Part shown: piece by piece, positions 43,986 to 47,435 of the stretch
Layout: each line of letters opens with the position of its first letter
Position numbering within the stretch: position 1 is the stretch's first letter
Assembly: GCA_965650905.1 (NCBI GenBank)
Contig: CBFGQM010000001.1
Location: 1 to 47,435, forward strand
Direction of reading: 5' to 3'
Length of the DNA: 47,435 bases
From: an uncultured Streptomyces sp.
GTDB taxonomy: Bacteria > Actinomycetota > Actinomycetes > Streptomycetales > Streptomycetaceae
Translations under genes and position numbers: made by a program
The notes under the pieces: generated by a model
What the model saw: only the letters and a program-made list of their open reading frames with translations
Databases searched by the model: none
What the model was told of the DNA's origin: nothing

Positions 43986-45617
43986 ATGGATGCTGTGACC
44001 CAGGTCCCCACCCCCGTCAACGAGCCGGTGCACGGCTATGCCCCCGGCTCGCCGGAACGTGCCCGCCTCGAGACGAAGCTCAGGGAGCTGTCCGAGAACC
44101 CCATCGACCTGCCCTGTACCATCGGCGGCGAGAAGCGGATGGGCGGCGGCGACCGCGTCGACGTCGTACAGCCCCACAACCACAAGGCCCGCCTCGGTAC
44201 GTACGGGAACGCCACGGAGCAGGACGCGCAGGACGCGGTCGACGCCGCGCTCGCCGCCGCCCCGGCCTGGCGCGCGATGTCCTTCGACGACCGCGCCGCG
44301 ATCATCCTGCGCGCCGCCGAGCTGCTGTCCACGACGTGGCGCGAGACGCTGGCCGCCTCCACCATGCTCGGCCAGTCCAAGACCGCCCAGCAGGCCGAGA
44401 TCGACACCCCCTGCGAGCTGATCGACTTCTGGCGCTTCAACGTCAAGTACGCCCGTGACCTGCTCGCCGAGCAGCCGCCGGCCAACGCGACCGGCGTCTG
44501 GAACCGCCTCGACCACCGCCCGCTCGAGGGCTTCGTCTACGCGATCACGCCGTTCAACTTCACGGCGATCGCCGGCAACCTGCCGACCGCGCCCGCCCTC
44601 ATGGGCAACGTCGTCGTGTGGAAGCCGTCTCCGACGCAGACCCACGCCGCCGTACTGCTCATGGGGCTGTTGGAGGAGGCGGGCCTGCCCAAGGGCGTCA
44701 TCAACCTGGTGACGGGTGACGGTCTGGCCGTCTCCGAGATCGCCCTGAACCACCGCGACCTCGCGGGCATCCACTTCACCGGCTCGACCAAGACGTTCCA
44801 GTACCTGTGGAAGACGGTCGGTCAGAACATCGAGAAGTACCGCACCTACCCGCGCCTGGTCGGCGAGACCGGCGGCAAGGACTTCCTGGTGGCGCACCCG
44901 AGCGCCGACCGCGCGGTCCTCAAGACCGCGCTGACCCGCGGTGCCTTCGAGTACCAGGGCCAGAAGTGCTCAGCGACCTCCCGCGCGTACGTCCCGGCCT
45001 CCCTCTGGAACTCCGGCCTCAAGGAGGAGTTCGCGGCCGAGGTCGACTCCATCGCCATGGGTGACGTCACCGATCTGTCGAACTTCATCGGCGCCGTCAT
45101 CGACGAGCGCGCCTTCGCCAAGAACAAGGCCGCCATCGACCGTGCCGCCGAGGACCCGAGCTGCACGATCGTCGCGGGCGGCACGTACGACGACTCCGTC
45201 GGCTACTTCGTCCGCCCGACCGTGGTCGAGTGCTCCGACCCGGCCAACGAGGTCTTCACGACGGAGTACTTCGGTCCGTTCCTCGCCGTGCACGTCTACG
45301 ACGACGAGAAGTACGAGGAGATGCTGACCCAGATGGAGTCGGTGTCCGACTACGCGCTGACAGGCGCGGTCATCGCGAACGACCGCGCGGCCGCCGCCTA
45401 CACGGCGGAGAAGCTGCGCTACGCCGCGGGCAACTTCTACATCAACGACAAGTCCACCGGCGCCGTCGTCGGCCAGCAGCCCTTCGGCGGCGGCCGCAGC
45501 TCCGGCACCAACGACAAGGCCGGCGCCCCCCAGAACCTCCAGCGCTGGACCCTGACCCGCGCCATCAAGGAGACCCTGGTTCCGCCGACCGACTACACGT
45601 ACCCGCACATGGGCTGA
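43986..45617 (+). CDS. pruA: Delta-1-pyrroline-5-carboxylate dehydrogenase
   Basis: PFNFTAIAGN, FTGST, GETGGK, GQKCSA and QPFGG motifs. Confidence 0.96.
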   Translation: MDAVTQVPTPVNEPVHGYAPGSPERARLETKLRELSENPIDLPCTIGGEKRMGGGDRVDVVQPHNHKARLGTYGNATEQDAQDAVDAALAAAPAWRAMSFDDRAAIILRAAELLSTTWRETLAASTMLGQSKTAQQAEIDTPCELIDFWRFNVKYARDLLAEQPPANATGVWNRLDHRPLEGFVYAITPFNFTAIAGNLPTAPALMGNVVVWKPSPTQTHAAVLLMGLLEEAGLPKGVINLVTGDGLAVSEIALNHRDLAGIHFTGSTKTFQYLWKTVGQNIEKYRTYPRLVGETGGKDFLVAHPSADRAVLKTALTRGAFEYQGQKCSATSRAYVPASLWNSGLKEEFAAEVDSIAMGDVTDLSNFIGAVIDERAFAKNKAAIDRAAEDPSCTIVAGGTYDDSVGYFVRPTVVECSDPANEVFTTEYFGPFLAVHVYDDEKYEEMLTQMESVSDYALTGAVIANDRAAAAYTAEKLRYAAGNFYINDKSTGAVVGQQPFGGGRSSGTNDKAGAPQNLQRWTLTRAIKETLVPPTDYTYPHMG

Positions 45618-45647
45618 CTTTTCCCCGACCGTTTCCTCGGTCCGACT

Positions 45648-45683
45648 GCCGCCCCCGCTCCGGGATTTCGGAGCGGGGGCGGC
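45648..45683. terminator. Hairpin after pruA
   Basis: gccgcccccgctccg-N6-cggagcgggggcggc, 15-bp stem. Confidence 0.8.
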
Positions 45684-45719
45684 GCTGTAGGAGCGACGGG
45701 CCCAGGGCTCCGGCGGGTC

Positions 45720-45838
45720 GACGCGTCGGCGCCCGGGAGGTCGTCGAAGGCTGCCTTGCCGTCTGTGGTGAGCGGGGTCCGAGCGGCGGCGGTGGCGGTG
45801 GCGGCGACGATCAGGTCGTGCGCACCGCGCGGCTCGCC
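45720..45838 (-). pseudogene. PIN/VapC toxin C-terminal remnant
   Basis: GEPRGAHDLIVAATA......LTTD...FDDLPG is a VapC C-terminal signature; the N-terminal PIN part and the antitoxin are absent. Confidence 0.65.
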
Positions 45839-46110
45839 TTCCGATCCGCTCTGAGCCGGGATGTCATCGTCCCAGGTCAGAGCCGTGCCGCCCAAGCCTC
45901 CGTCTCAGATAGTAGGAAGCCCAAGTATGTGTGGAGACAGGCGCCCGGTCCTCGCTTAGCTTTGTAGGAGCCGAACGTCTCGCTCGACCCAGCGAAGGCG
46001 GTCGTGAGCCGGAGCCCTGAGGCAGGCAACCCCTGCGGCGCCGCTCCCCGCCCATCCGGCGTCTCGTAACCCTTTCCGCACTCCCTGCTGTCAAAAGGAG
46101 TCGATTCCCC

Positions 46111-46239
46111 ATGGCCGAGACGACAATCCGCCGAGTCCGTCGTGTGTCCCGTACGAGCGAATCCGACCGCAGGAACGCCGCAGCGGCGCTCCAGCGCGCC
46201 CTCGACCGCAGGGACAACGGCGGCGCGACAGGCCACTGA
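46111..46239 (+). CDS. Small basic protein (42 aa) upstream of leuB
   Basis: AAAAGGAG RBS; MAETTIRRVRRVSRTSESDRRNAAAALQRALDRRDNGGATGH*; below the ORF-track size cutoff. Confidence 0.7.
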   Translation: MAETTIRRVRRVSRTSESDRRNAAAALQRALDRRDNGGATGH

Positions 46240-46395
46240 GCCCTCGTCCAGTGGAACGTCGTGATCGACTCGCGGTCGTTCACGTTCCCCGCGTAGCTGT
46301 CCCGGACGGATGGGCGCGTCGACGGTAGGCGCGCCGACACGGCACCACCCGATGGTGTCCGTGCCCGCTGTTCGTGTCCCCTGTTCGTATCCCCT

Positions 46396-46410
46396 GTCCG
46401 TATCGCGGAC
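46396..46410. promoter_or_regulatory. Candidate IclR/NdgR-type operator before leuB
   Basis: GTCCG-tatcg-CGGAC, upstream of the TAAGGT -10 of leaderless leuB. Confidence 0.5.
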
Positions 46411-46450
46411 GGTCCGTGTCACTTCCTGGGACGAGGAGTAAGGTGCGGAC

Positions 46451-47435
46451 ATGTCTCGCAGCCTCAATCTCGCAGTGATCCCCGGTGACGGCATCGGCCA
46501 GGAGGTCGTGGCCCAGGGGCTGAAGGTGCTCTTGGCCGTCCTTCCGCAGGATGTGAAGCTGGAGACCAAGGAGTTCGACTTCGGCGCCCGGCGTTACCAC
46601 GCCACCGGTGAGACCCTCACCGACGCCGACCTCGACGCCCTCAAGCAGCACGACGCGATCCTGCTCGGCGCGATCGGCGATCCTTCGGTCCCGTCCGGCG
46701 TCCTGGAGCGCGGCTTCCTGCTGAAGCTCCGCTTCGCCTTCGACCACCACGTCAACCTGCGTCCGTCGAAGCTCTTGGCGGGTGTCGCCACCCCGCTCGC
46801 GGGAGCGCCCGAGATTGACTTCGTCGTGGTCCGTGAAGGCACCGAGGGCCCGTACACCGGCAACGGCGGCACGATCCGCAAGGGCACCCCGCACGAGGTC
46901 GCCACCGAGGTGTCCGTCAACACGGCGTTCGGTGTCGAGCGGGTCGTCCGGGACGCGTTCGCCCGTGCCCAGGCCCGCCCGCGCAAGAAGCTGGCCCTGA
47001 TCCACAAGAACAACGTGCTGACCTTCGCGGGTCATCTGTGGACGAACATCTTCAACAAGGTGGCCGAGGAGTTCCCCGAGGTCACCACCGAGTACATGCA
47101 CGTGGACGCGGCGACGATCTACCTCGTCACGCAGCCCGAGCGCTTCGACGTGATCGTCACCGACAACCTCTTCGGCGACATCATCACCGACCTCGCCGCC
47201 GCGATCACGGGCGGCATCGGCCTGGCAGCCTCGGGAAACATCAACCCCGACCGCACCGCGCCGTCCATGTTCGAGCCCGTGCACGGCTCGGCCCCCGACA
47301 TCGCCGGGCAGCAGAAGGCCGATCCCACCGCGGCGATCCTGTCGGTCTCCCTGATGCTCGACCACCTGGGGTACGCCGACGCTGCCGCGGCCGTCGAGGC
47401 TGCCGTTCTGGCCGACCTCTCCGAGCGCACTCCCG
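46451..47435 (+). CDS. leuB: 3-isopropylmalate dehydrogenase (3'-partial)
   Basis: [31 protein letters not shown] and [13 protein letters not shown] motifs; runs off the window end, so it is missing from the ORF track. Confidence 0.96.
   Translation, partial: MSRSLNLAVIPGDGIGQEVVAQGLKVLLAVLPQDVKLETKEFDFGARRYHATGETLTDADLDALKQHDAILLGAIGDPSVPSGVLERGFLLKLRFAFDHHVNLRPSKLLAGVATPLAGAPEIDFVVVREGTEGPYTGNGGTIRKGTPHEVATEVSVNTAFGVERVVRDAFARAQARPRKKLALIHKNNVLTFAGHLWTNIFNKVAEEFPEVTTEYMHVDAATIYLVTQPERFDVIVTDNLFGDIITDLAAAITGGIGLAASGNINPDRTAPSMFEPVHGSAPDIAGQQKADPTAAILSVSLMLDHLGYADAAAAVEAAVLADLSERTP

Overview
High-GC actinobacterial DNA that looks like a Streptomyces core-chromosome segment. From memory, the gene order matches the S. 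coelicolor SCO546x-SCO552x region: yncE-like lipoprotein, cabB-like EF-hand protein, a GAF/PAS/PP2C/HATPase sensor, the gcvT-gcvH-glyA-sdaA operon under a tandem glycine riboswitch, a P-loop NTPase with two SseB paralogs, iscS, an amidase, mnmA, a deacetylase, HIT, SDR, a core Met synthase, ligA, rmdB (with a TTA codon), gatCAB, cdgC, attenuated ilvB-ilvN-ilvC, serA, a PucR regulator with proline catabolism genes, a small ORF and partial leuB. I found no CRISPR array, phage, transposase, rRNA or tRNA. The unusual features are: an in-frame TGA at a Cys position in serA; short in-frame insertions in gcvT (REP-like) and the proline dehydrogenase; a His/Arg-rich small ORF coupled to cdgC; a perfect BldD box in the PP2C gene; an 18-nt repeat spanning the glyA stop codon; several gene remnants; and probably chimeric sequence at both window ends. 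I cannot demonstrate a wholly new multi-gene system. The best leads are the coding-region repeat insertions, the serA leader/TGA, the cdgC small ORF and the NTPase-SseB-SseB module. All homology calls come from motif recognition, not database searches.
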